Origin: Candidatus Eiseniibacteriota bacterium
GTDB taxonomy: Bacteria > Eisenbacteria > RBG-16-71-46
Assembly (NCBI GenBank): GCA_031364845.1
Contig: JANLWX010000087.1
Coordinates: 1 to 16,461 of the forward strand
Direction of reading: 5' to 3'
DNA: 16,461 nucleotides
Made by a program: the position numbers and the translations under genes. Shown one piece after another: positions 1 to 8,066 of the stretch. The first letter of the stretch is position 1; each line of letters starts with the position of its first letter. Below the pieces are notes generated by a model. It searched no databases and was not told the DNA's origin. It saw only the letters and a program-made list of their open reading frames with translations.

Positions 1-837
1 CGTGACCGGAAGTGTGAACGCGAGTGTGACCGAACCGCGCGCGGGACTGGGCCACGCGTCGAGGATGCCGGGGGCGGAATCGGCGTTCGCGAGGTCGGGA
101 GATCCGGCGGCGCGCCAGGCTTCGAGCGTGAGCGTGCGCGCGAGGCCCGCGGCGGCAGCAAGACGTTCGCGGCGCAGTTCCGCCACTCGAGCGTGGTCGC
201 CGGCGCGGTATGCGGCGTCGATGGCGGCGCGGCGCGAAACGCTCGCGACCGCGAGCTCGGCTCCGGCCTGAGCGTTGAGTGATGCGGAAGGCGCCGGCAT
301 CTCGAGCGCATCCAGGTGGACACCATCGAGATCGTCGCTGAACGAAGCATGGGCGCCCGGCGTCTCGTCATCGACCGAGTCGCCCGCGAGATACGGATCG
401 GCGAGATCCGCCGCAGCGATCGAGAGCTCGGCCAGTGCGGCCGTGATCTCCGCGGCGCGGCGCTAGCGGAATGCGTTCCCGAGATGCTCCACCGCATCGG
501 CGAGGCGGCGCTGCGCGAATCCGAGCACGCGGCCTTCGGCTTCGGGATCGAGATCGATGGCCGCACCCGGCGTGTAACGGTGCGCGGCGTCCGCCCGCTC
601 CGGATCCACGGTCTCCGCTTCGAAGATCCGGTCGATCTCGGACTCGGCGCCCGTGTTCCACGACGCGGCCCAGCGTGCGGCAGGGGGAAGCACGCTGGGA
701 ACCTGTCGTGAAACCGCCTTGGCGGCCGGCGGAGCAAACGCGTGACTCGTGGACTGCGTCGCGATCAGCGTCGCGATTCCAAAACCGAACATCCAGGTGA
801 CCCGAAACGCGAGCGGAGCATGATGGACAACGCGCAA
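1..837 (-). pseudogene. Secreted S1/P1-nuclease / Zn-phospholipase-C-like protein (degenerate active site) with a C-terminal FlgD-Ig/T9SS-type-A-like domain; single in-frame TAG at 465-463 (nonsense allele, sequence error or read-through); runs off the window edge
   Basis: ORF 837..463 (TTG start; alternative ATG at 792) has a signal peptide ending STSHA. The same frame stays open for 154 codons after the TAG: RRAAEITAALAELSIAAADLADPYL...PGAHASFSDDL...RERLAAAAGLARTLTLEAWRAAGSP...DAWPSPARGSVTLAFTLP. The motif order matches S1/P1-like proteins, followed by a PNP-like sorting-domain start. Confidence 0.6.
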
Positions 838-956
838 CGATGTGGGCCGCGGGCTCGCGCCTGAAGGGCGGGACAGGGCTTGCCGTGGGCCTGCTTGGGC
901 GTTCCATTCCCGAGGTGCGGGAACGGCTCAGGTTCAAAAGTGGGCTGAAATTGCAG

Positions 957-984
957 GAGACCCGCGTGCGAACACGCAGGCCTC
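957..984 (-). other. 12-bp RNA hairpin with UUCG loop (leader structure or terminator-like element)
   Basis: Minus strand GAGGCCTGCGTG-TTCG-CACGCGGGTCTC with two G-U pairs; no good U-tract. A second 9-bp hairpin lies at 904-926. Confidence 0.5.
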
Positions 985-1000
985 TACCGCGAGCAACTCT

Positions 1001-1030
1001 ATTGTAACGAGGCGGACTCACTCACTACAA
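1001..1030 (-). promoter_or_regulatory. Putative sigma70 promoter for the leftmost gene
   Basis: TTGTAG (1030-1025), 18-nt spacer, TACAAT (1006-1001), in a locally AT-rich intergenic segment. Confidence 0.45.
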
Positions 1031-1066
1031 GAGCTGATGTGATTCGACGTGAAGAAAATTCCCCAA

Positions 1067-2479
1067 TCACACGTTGATCTGCGGGGCTTCACACCCGGCG
1101 TGCGGGTCAATCGACCCGGAAGCGAGCCGCGCGGCCACAGCGATCGTCAGCACCAAAACCAGTTTGTACTGCTCACCATATATAGTGGACTCGAATTGAT
1201 TGTGAATCGCCGCGGCAAGGAATGTTGCCCACAGCGCAACGCCGAGCGCCCGGCCGCCGCCTGAAGTCTTTCGCGCGCTCCAACCCAGACGCAGGAGTGC
1301 CGCGGTCCCACAGACCGCGAGCAGCAGGCCAATCAACCCAAGTTCGGCGAGGAACCCGAGTTCGAGGTTGTGCGGCACCGTGTCCACGCCCGTGAGCCGG
1401 TGCGCCGAGACCGAGAAGTTGTTGAGCCCGATACCGAGCAACGGGTGCCGCGCGAACTCGTCCCACGCGAGCCGGTAGAGGTCGAGCCGCTCGCCGATCG
1501 AGTAGTCGAGGGCACTGCGCTGCAGCCGGTACTCGAGCACGTGCTTGAGCGGAGTCATGGTGAACACCAGTACCCCGGTCACGCACAACGTGGCCACGCC
1601 GGCGAACGCCGCGCGCGTCGCCTTCCCACCCAGTCCATAGGCGACGATCAGTGCGGCGACCAGTGCCAAGATCGCGCCCTTGGAGGCCGACAGGACGATG
1701 CCGGTGGCGCACGCCACGGCGACGATCACCCATCCCACGCGTGCTCTGGCACCCGCAGCGGTGCTCGCGAGCCCGACCGCGATCGGAAGCTGAAGAATGA
1801 GGATGCCGGCGAGGTAGTTGGTGCGCCCCCACGGCAGGTCGACCTGCTTCATCACGATCGTCAGCACCGGACCCATCGGCGAATGGAACGCGACCCACAC
1901 CATGTTCGCGGACAGCAGCGCGCCCGCCGCGGCCACCGCGCCAAGCACAAAGCGCGCGCGCCGTTCATTCGTCGCGTACTGCGCCGCCAGCAGCCCGGCC
2001 ACCCACGCGGCCATCCACTCCTTGATCTCGGCGATCGCCGTGAGCGGATCGGCGGAGGCGAGCACCGACAGGCCGCTCCACACGAGGAACACGCCGAGTG
2101 CGATCAGGAACGGCGGCAGCTCGAATTCGATGCGCAGCCGCATGCGCAGCAGCGCGATGCCCACCGTGCCCGCGAGCACGGCGTCCGCCCACAGCAAGCG
2201 CCCGCTTTGTCCGCCGACCGCGACGGCCGACAGTTCGCCGGCGAGGATCGAGATCGCGATCGCGGCCACCGCCACGCCGAGTCCGCCAAAGCGGCGCACG
2301 CTCCAGGCGACGAGCGCGATCGCGGCGGCCCCGACCACCGGCAACGCGAGCACTTTCGGCGAAGGCGCCCACATCGCGACCGCGCACGCGAGCGACACCG
2401 ACAGTGTCGCCGCGAGTGCGGCGGTGACGAACGGTAAATCGAGCGTTGCGGTCGCAACCCGCCGCGACGAGGAGTTCAT
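1067..2479 (-). CDS. O-antigen ligase / Wzy polymerase family membrane protein
   Basis: 470 aa with many hydrophobic helices; motifs PWGRTNYLAG, SASKGA, ERLDLYRLAWDEFARHPLLGIG and PHNLELGFLAELGLIG. ATGA overlap with the upstream gene. Confidence 0.9.
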   Translation of the reverse strand: MNSSSRRVATATLDLPFVTAALAATLSVSLACAVAMWAPSPKVLALPVVGAAAIALVAWSVRRFGGLGVAVAAIAISILAGELSAVAVGGQSGRLLWADAVLAGTVGIALLRMRLRIEFELPPFLIALGVFLVWSGLSVLASADPLTAIAEIKEWMAAWVAGLLAAQYATNERRARFVLGAVAAAGALLSANMVWVAFHSPMGPVLTIVMKQVDLPWGRTNYLAGILILQLPIAVGLASTAAGARARVGWVIVAVACATGIVLSASKGAILALVAALIVAYGLGGKATRAAFAGVATLCVTGVLVFTMTPLKHVLEYRLQRSALDYSIGERLDLYRLAWDEFARHPLLGIGLNNFSVSAHRLTGVDTVPHNLELGFLAELGLIGLLLAVCGTAALLRLGWSARKTSGGGRALGVALWATFLAAAIHNQFESTIYGEQYKLVLVLTIAVAARLASGSIDPHAGCEAPQINV

Positions 2480-3711
2480 GCCGCCCGGCGTTCGCTTGCC
2501 GCCTCGTGGACGGCGTCGGGTTCGAGCACGACGGCCGCGGTTCCGTCATAGACCGCTTCCAGCGCGCGGACGCTGACGTCGAGTCCGAACGCCCGCGCGC
2601 GTGCGGGAGCAGCACTCGCCCATCGCTGCCGCAGCGCGCCATCGGAGGCGACACGCGCGATCGCATCGGCCCACGCGGCCGGATCGGCGGGCGGCAGCAA
2701 CATGCCGCATTCGAGGCGCGCGGCGTGAGCGGCGTCCGGCTCCAGAATCTCCGGAATCCCGCCAACGCGTGACGCCAGTCCTGGAACTCCGGCGGCGAGC
2801 GCTTCGATGATCGCAACCCCGAGGCCCTCGGTGATCGAAGGAGCTGCGAACACATCCATCGCCGCGAGATGTCCACGTACGCGCGGTTCGTGCGCGCGCA
2901 ACGACACATGCTGCCCGAGTCCGCGCGCCGCGACCAGCGCCTCGAGCCGGCCGCGCTCGGGTCCGTCGCCGACGATCATCACGTGAAGTTGCGGCACGCG
3001 CGCCACGGCGAGTGCCGCGGCTTCGATCAGCGTGTCGAGCCCCTTGCGCGGGTCGAGCCGGGCGACCGATCCCACGACGAAGGCGTCCGGCGCGATGCCG
3101 AGCTCCGCGCGCGCCGCGGCGCGTTCGGCCGTGGCGCCTTCGAACGTCGCGAGGCTCACGCCGTTGTGCACGGTCGACAGTCGTGGCGTGAGTTCCGGGC
3201 TCACGTTCGCCGCCGCGCGACCGACCGCATCGCTCACGGCAACCACCGCGTGGGCGAAGCGAAGCGTATGGCGATCGAGCGCGCGCAACGGGCTCGCGCG
3301 GCGCTCTTCCCAGTCACTCAGATTGTGGAGCGTGGTGACGATCCGCTCGACGCGGTGCGCCCGCGCCATGCAGCGCCCGGCGATCCCCGCGACCGCGAGA
3401 TGTGTGTGCACGATGTCCGGCAACCCACGCCACATGATGGCGTGGAGCCTGCGGAGCGCGAACCACTGCGGCTCGTGCGCCTTGCGCAGCAGGTGCAGCG
3501 GAAGTCCGGCTTCACGAAACGCGGGCGTCATGGCGCCGTCGGGAACCACCTCGAGACTCGCGACTTCGGGCGTGAAGCGGGAACGATCGAGCCCGCGCGC
3601 CTGATCCAGAAGTACCCGCTGTGCTCCGCCGAGCAGCAGTTCGTTGATCACGAACAGCACGCGGCGCGGGGCCGCTCCCCTGCGAGAATCGTTTCCGGCG
3701 GCCGGCTTCAC
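2476..3711 (-). CDS. Glycosyltransferase family 4 (GT-B)
   Basis: RVLFVINELLLGGAQ, DIVHTH, VHNGV, VARLDPRKG, EGLGVAIIEA (EX7E), SRVGGIPE. GTG start at 3711 overlaps the wecA stop (GTGA); 411 aa. Confidence 0.92.
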   Translation of the reverse strand: MKPAAGNDSRRGAAPRRVLFVINELLLGGAQRVLLDQARGLDRSRFTPEVASLEVVPDGAMTPAFREAGLPLHLLRKAHEPQWFALRRLHAIMWRGLPDIVHTHLAVAGIAGRCMARAHRVERIVTTLHNLSDWEERRASPLRALDRHTLRFAHAVVAVSDAVGRAAANVSPELTPRLSTVHNGVSLATFEGATAERAAARAELGIAPDAFVVGSVARLDPRKGLDTLIEAAALAVARVPQLHVMIVGDGPERGRLEALVAARGLGQHVSLRAHEPRVRGHLAAMDVFAAPSITEGLGVAIIEALAAGVPGLASRVGGIPEILEPDAAHAARLECGMLLPPADPAAWADAIARVASDGALRQRWASAAPARARAFGLDVSVRALEAVYDGTAAVVLEPDAVHEAASERRAA

Positions 3712-4880
3712 GCGGCGCGGCGCGGAGCTTCCCGCGCGTCCCCGTTCTCGGCGGCCGCCCCAACTCCGGCGCCGGCGAGAGACGCCGGAATCGAATCGCG
3801 CTCCCGCGCGCGCACGTGGGCATGTCCCCACGCGACCGCGCCGATCAGTGCCGACACCAGCACGTAGCCTGCGAACGGCGCCACCGCGAGCACCGCGCCG
3901 GCGATCGCGAACCCCGCGGCGGTGAGCCACAGCACGGACGCCGCCTGCCATGCCGTGAGTCCGGCCCGCAGCAGACGATGATGGATGTGGTGTCCGTCGG
4001 GCGCGAACACCTGCGCGCGCACCGCGCGCACGAGTTCCTGTGCGGACTTCGCCCCGCGCGCGGCACCACCGACCCGGCGCACGATCGCGTTCGAGGTGTC
4101 GAGCAGGGGTACTGCGATGAGCAGCGCCGGAACCAGCGGGAAGGCTTCGGGGGCCGCGATCTGTCCCGCGCGCAGCGTCATCCCCGACAGCACGAAGCCC
4201 ACGAACAGACTGCCGGCGTCACCCATGAAGATCTGCGCGGGATGCAGGTTGTACCAGAGGAAACCGATCAGCGCACCGCCCAGTGCCGCCACTGCGAGCA
4301 GCAGCGGACTGCCGCCGGGCGCGAGCAGGGCCGCGATCGCGATCGTCGCGATCAGCGCGATCCCGCACGCGAGTCCGTCGAGCCCGTCGATCAGATTGAC
4401 CGCGTTGGTGACGGCGAGCACCCACAGCAGCGTGAGCGGATATGCGGCGATCCCGGTCGGCCATGCGCCCACGCCTGGAATGCCGAACGTCTCGACCCGC
4501 CAGCCCGACGCATAGAGCACCGACGCCGCGCCGATCTGGAACATCAACTTGGTCGCCGCTCCCAGCCCGCGCACGTCGTCGGCGATGCCGACCATCAGCA
4601 GCATGCCGGAGCCGGCAAGCATGCCGATCATCCCGAAGTCGCCGCCCTCGAGCGGATCGAGCAACACGCGGCCGTAGGTGGCAAGCAGCATCGAGACTGT
4701 GAAGCCCCAGAAGATCCCGAGGCCGCCGAGCCGCGCAGTCGGGCGCCGGTGCACGCGCCGTCCGCCCGGCACGTCCACCGCCTGCAGCCGATGCGCGGTG
4801 ACGCGCACCAGTTCGGTCGCGCTGAGTGTCCCGATCAGCGCAACCAGCGTGAACACGACCAGCGCCAGCGGCAGCGTCAC
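3708..4880 (-). CDS. wecA: Undecaprenyl-phosphate HexNAc-1-phosphate transferase (WecA/TagO, MraY superfamily)
   Basis: Motifs ARLGGLGI, GIADD, NAVNLIDGLDGL, IFMGDAGS and DGHHIHHRL. GTG start at 4880 with AGGAGG RBS and GTGA overlap; 390 aa. Confidence 0.9.
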   Translation of the reverse strand: MTLPLALVVFTLVALIGTLSATELVRVTAHRLQAVDVPGGRRVHRRPTARLGGLGIFWGFTVSMLLATYGRVLLDPLEGGDFGMIGMLAGSGMLLMVGIADDVRGLGAATKLMFQIGAASVLYASGWRVETFGIPGVGAWPTGIAAYPLTLLWVLAVTNAVNLIDGLDGLACGIALIATIAIAALLAPGGSPLLLAVAALGGALIGFLWYNLHPAQIFMGDAGSLFVGFVLSGMTLRAGQIAAPEAFPLVPALLIAVPLLDTSNAIVRRVGGAARGAKSAQELVRAVRAQVFAPDGHHIHHRLLRAGLTAWQAASVLWLTAAGFAIAGAVLAVAPFAGYVLVSALIGAVAWGHAHVRARERDSIPASLAGAGVGAAAENGDAREAPRRAA

Positions 4881-6097
4881 GCCGCCTCCTTCGAGGTCCA
4901 GCGCGCGTAGAGATCGTCGAGACGGTCGAGCATCGTCTCGACCGTCCAGCGGCTGCCGACCGCCTCCCGGCCCGCGGCCCCCATGGTGCGCGCGCGTTCG
5001 TGCTCCACCAGCAGCGTGCGCAGACGGTCGGTGAACGCCGAAACGTCCTGCGAGGCGACGACGAATCCGTTGCGCCCGTCGCGGACCACCTCCCACGCGC
5101 CTTCGACGTTGAACGTCACGATCGGCTTGCCGGCGGCGGCCGACTGCACCAGCACGCGCGGCAGTCCCTCCCACAACGACGTCAGCACCGAGACGTCGGC
5201 GGCGGCGAACACGCGCGGCAGATCGTGGCGATGGCCGAGGAATACGACCAGGTCGTCGATCCCGAGGGTACGGCACTGCGCTTCGAGCTGTGCGCGGATC
5301 GGGCCCTCGCCCACGATCAGCACGCGCAGTTCGGGATGATCGGGCTTGAGCCGCTGGACCGCCTGGAACAGATAGCCGTGCCCCTTGCGCGGCTCGAGCC
5401 GTGCCGCCATCGCGATCACGCGATGGCCGGGCCCAAAGCCCAGCTCGGCGCGCAACGCATCGCGTTCGGATTCGGGCATGGCACCCGCGTCGAGGTACTC
5501 GCGCAGCGGCATCCCGGAGTAGATGGTTTCGTATTCGGCGGTGGTGCCGATGCCCGAACGCAGGTAGATGTTTTTCACGTCCTCTCCCACCGCGACGAAC
5601 TGATCGGTGAACCGCGCGGCGATGCGCTCGAGCGCCAGATAGAACGCGCGGTGCATGCGCGGCAGATGCTGATGGAACGTCACACCGTGCACGGTGTGGA
5701 TGATCACCGGCGTGCCCGCGATCGCCGCCGCGAGCCGGCCGAGGAATCCGGCCTTCGCCGTGTGCGTGTGGACGATCTGGTAGCGGCCGCGGCGGATCAA
5801 GTTCGCGAGCTTCACGAGCGTCACGAGGTCCTTCCACGGATGCGGCTCCCGCACGAGTTCCGGCACCACGTGCACGCCGACGTCGGGGATCGCTCCGATC
5901 TCGTCGAGTTCGGAGCCGTCGCCGACCGCGAGGTCCACGGCGTAGCGCCGTTTGTCGAGCCCGCGCACGGTGTAGAGCGTGTTCTCGTCCGCGCCTCCGC
6001 GGATCAGCCGCGTGATGATGTGCAGCATCCGCACCGGCGGCTGGGTGCCGCGCCGGCGTTCGGCGTCCACTTTTGAGATCGGGTCACGTTCGGTCAC
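4877..6097 (-). CDS. Glycosyltransferase family 4 (GT-B)
   Basis: MLHIITRLIRGGADENT, IVHTHTAKAGFLGRLAA, HTVHG, ARLEPRKGH, SLWEGLPRVLVQS. GTG start at 6097 by GTGA overlap; 406 aa. Confidence 0.92.
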   Translation of the reverse strand: MTERDPISKVDAERRRGTQPPVRMLHIITRLIRGGADENTLYTVRGLDKRRYAVDLAVGDGSELDEIGAIPDVGVHVVPELVREPHPWKDLVTLVKLANLIRRGRYQIVHTHTAKAGFLGRLAAAIAGTPVIIHTVHGVTFHQHLPRMHRAFYLALERIAARFTDQFVAVGEDVKNIYLRSGIGTTAEYETIYSGMPLREYLDAGAMPESERDALRAELGFGPGHRVIAMAARLEPRKGHGYLFQAVQRLKPDHPELRVLIVGEGPIRAQLEAQCRTLGIDDLVVFLGHRHDLPRVFAAADVSVLTSLWEGLPRVLVQSAAAGKPIVTFNVEGAWEVVRDGRNGFVVASQDVSAFTDRLRTLLVEHERARTMGAAGREAVGSRWTVETMLDRLDDLYARWTSKEAA

Positions 6098-7158
6098 GGG
6101 CGCGCCACTCCCACGCGATTCGCGGTGCGCAGGGCGTTCCAGTATTCGGCTTGAGTGCCGAGCAGCGTATACGGCCCGCTCAGACGTAAAGGTTCGAGCC
6201 ACAGGCTGAAGGTCGTGAACACGAAATATCCCTCCGCACCATCGAGTACCGAGTCGACCGCGGGCACCAGGTCCCGCGGGGTGAAGCGTTTGAGCCACAG
6301 GCCGCCGATCAGATCGGCATTCGCCAGTCCGAGCGCATCGAGCCGCGACCGCGCGCCTTTGAGGGTTCCGCCCGCGACCGAATACGAGCGTTCGCAGTAG
6401 TCGGCAGTCGGAATGCGGTTGGCGGCGAGTGCCAAGCCGAGCGCGTGATGGACGAACGAGTCGTAGTCGAGATCGAACACGCCGAACTCCACACCCGGAT
6501 GGCGTGCTGCGAACTCCGCGAGCAGTCGCGTCAGCGTGCGCGTGAGCCGCGTGCGCTGATAGGCACCGAGACCCGAGTAACGCGCCCCGGCGCGTGCTCC
6601 GCCCGGACGGAATTCCTCGAGACACGCTGCGCATTTGCACGGCCCGGCGTCGTAGTGATGGCGGCTGCCGTGCTGGATCTCGAGATCGACCGCAATGCGC
6701 CTGGTGCCCGGCACCGCGGCGAGCATCTCCTCCGCGCGCCCGAGCAGCGCGCTGCGCCAGAACGCGGTGTCGAGCGGGCAGGCGATCTCGGCCTCGATCC
6801 GGCCCGAGCCCCACGTGTAGCGCCGCGAGGTTCCGAGGTCGCGCATGCGCGCGGGCGCATCGAGCACCCACTGCGGAACGATCTCGACGCCGAGCCGGGC
6901 ACCGCGTTCGACGAACCCGCGCAGCTGCGCCGCATCGGAGCGCCGCAAGGTGTCGGCGATGAAATGGACGACCCCGCGATCGAAGCCGCTCGCGGCCAGC
7001 GAGTCCACGTGGCTCAACGGCATGTAGTAGTAGAAGTAGGCGGCACGCACCGGAGTTCCGCTCGACGCTGAAGCGCCGGCACGCCGCACCGGCAACAGCG
7101 CCACCGCGGCCATCGTCAGCAGCACGAACACCGCACCCGCGATCCGCCGCCGCGACAT
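6094..7158 (-). CDS. Secreted hypothetical protein, putative glycoside hydrolase-like (GH42/GHL-type) TIM barrel with a four-Cys motif
   Basis: ATG at 7158 (TGATG overlap); signal peptide MSRRRIAGAVFVLLTMAAVALLPVRRAGA; IACPLDTAFW...RIAVDLE...GPCKCAACLEEF; 354 aa. The ORF is secure; the function is inferred. Confidence 0.7.
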   Translation of the reverse strand: MSRRRIAGAVFVLLTMAAVALLPVRRAGASASSGTPVRAAYFYYYMPLSHVDSLAASGFDRGVVHFIADTLRRSDAAQLRGFVERGARLGVEIVPQWVLDAPARMRDLGTSRRYTWGSGRIEAEIACPLDTAFWRSALLGRAEEMLAAVPGTRRIAVDLEIQHGSRHHYDAGPCKCAACLEEFRPGGARAGARYSGLGAYQRTRLTRTLTRLLAEFAARHPGVEFGVFDLDYDSFVHHALGLALAANRIPTADYCERSYSVAGGTLKGARSRLDALGLANADLIGGLWLKRFTPRDLVPAVDSVLDGAEGYFVFTTFSLWLEPLRLSGPYTLLGTQAEYWNALRTANRVGVARP

Positions 7159-8066
7159 CAGGCCGCCCACACCACTTCCATGCCGCGCGCGTAGATCACC
7201 CGGAACGGTTTCGATCCCGCGCGCAGCGACGCGACCAGCCACTTGAGCGACAGGCTCAGCACCAGAATGCCTTTCGCCACGATCGCGGCCGGCGCGCCGA
7301 AGTGCTTGCGGAAGTAGTAGACACGGGAGCGCAGGTTGTGGAGATACGTCTCGCCCGGCGCCTGCCGCGATGAATGCTGCCCGTGATGGACGATGCGCGC
7401 CTGCGGCACGAAGCGCACTTCCAATCCCGACTGCGCCGCGCGCCGGCACCAGTCGACTTCCTCCATGTACATGAAGATGTTCTCGTCGAGACCGCCCAGC
7501 GCTTCGTACGCCGCGCGCGGAATCAGCAGTGCCGCACCCGAAGCCCACTCGACGCGGCCGAGCGACTCGAGTGTGCGGCCGCCGTATTTGTAGCGGCCGA
7601 ACCACGGTGAGTCGGGGAACGCGCTGGCGAGCCCGAGGTGATCGCAGAACAGCGTCCACAGATTCGGGAAGCGGCCGCACGAGCGGGCACGGTGACCGTC
7701 GCCGTCGACGAGCAGCGGCGCGACCGCCGCGATGCGCGGGCGATCGGAGGCGACCCGCACCAGTTCTTCGAGCGCAACCGTGCCGACTTCGCAGTCGGGA
7801 TTGAGCACGAACAGAAACGCGCCGGTGGCCTTCGCCAGCCCCTGATTCACACCGCGCGTGAACCCGGCGTTGTCTTGGTTTGCGACCGTCACGACCCACG
7901 GATGCTCGTGATGGATCCAATCGATCGTGCCGTCGCCGGGCGCGTTGTCGACCACGACCACTTCGAGATCCACACGCTCGCGGCAGCCCGCGAGCGAAGC
8001 GAGGCAGGGCCCAAGCGTTTCGCGCGAGCGGTAGCTGACGATCACCACGGAAACGGTCGGTGTCAT
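7158..8066 (-). CDS. Glycosyltransferase family 2 (WbbL/rhamnosyltransferase-like)
   Basis: MTPTVSVVIVSY, VVVVDN, NAGFTRGVNQG, LNPD, WASGAALLI, GGLDENIFMYMEEVDWC. ATGA overlap; 302 aa. Confidence 0.92.
   Translation of the reverse strand: MTPTVSVVIVSYRSRETLGPCLASLAGCRERVDLEVVVVDNAPGDGTIDWIHHEHPWVVTVANQDNAGFTRGVNQGLAKATGAFLFVLNPDCEVGTVALEELVRVASDRPRIAAVAPLLVDGDGHRARSCGRFPNLWTLFCDHLGLASAFPDSPWFGRYKYGGRTLESLGRVEWASGAALLIPRAAYEALGGLDENIFMYMEEVDWCRRAAQSGLEVRFVPQARIVHHGQHSSRQAPGETYLHNLRSRVYYFRKHFGAPAAIVAKGILVLSLSLKWLVASLRAGSKPFRVIYARGMEVVWAA

Noticed and set aside
420..462. PYLIS-like hairpin downstream of the TAG
   Set aside because: Only a short imperfect stem (CGGCC/GGCCG), which is expected by chance at this GC content.
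1038..1071. CRP/FNR-type site from TGTGA...TCACA
   Set aside because: The half-sites are 24 nt apart rather than 6; kept only as a generic inverted repeat.
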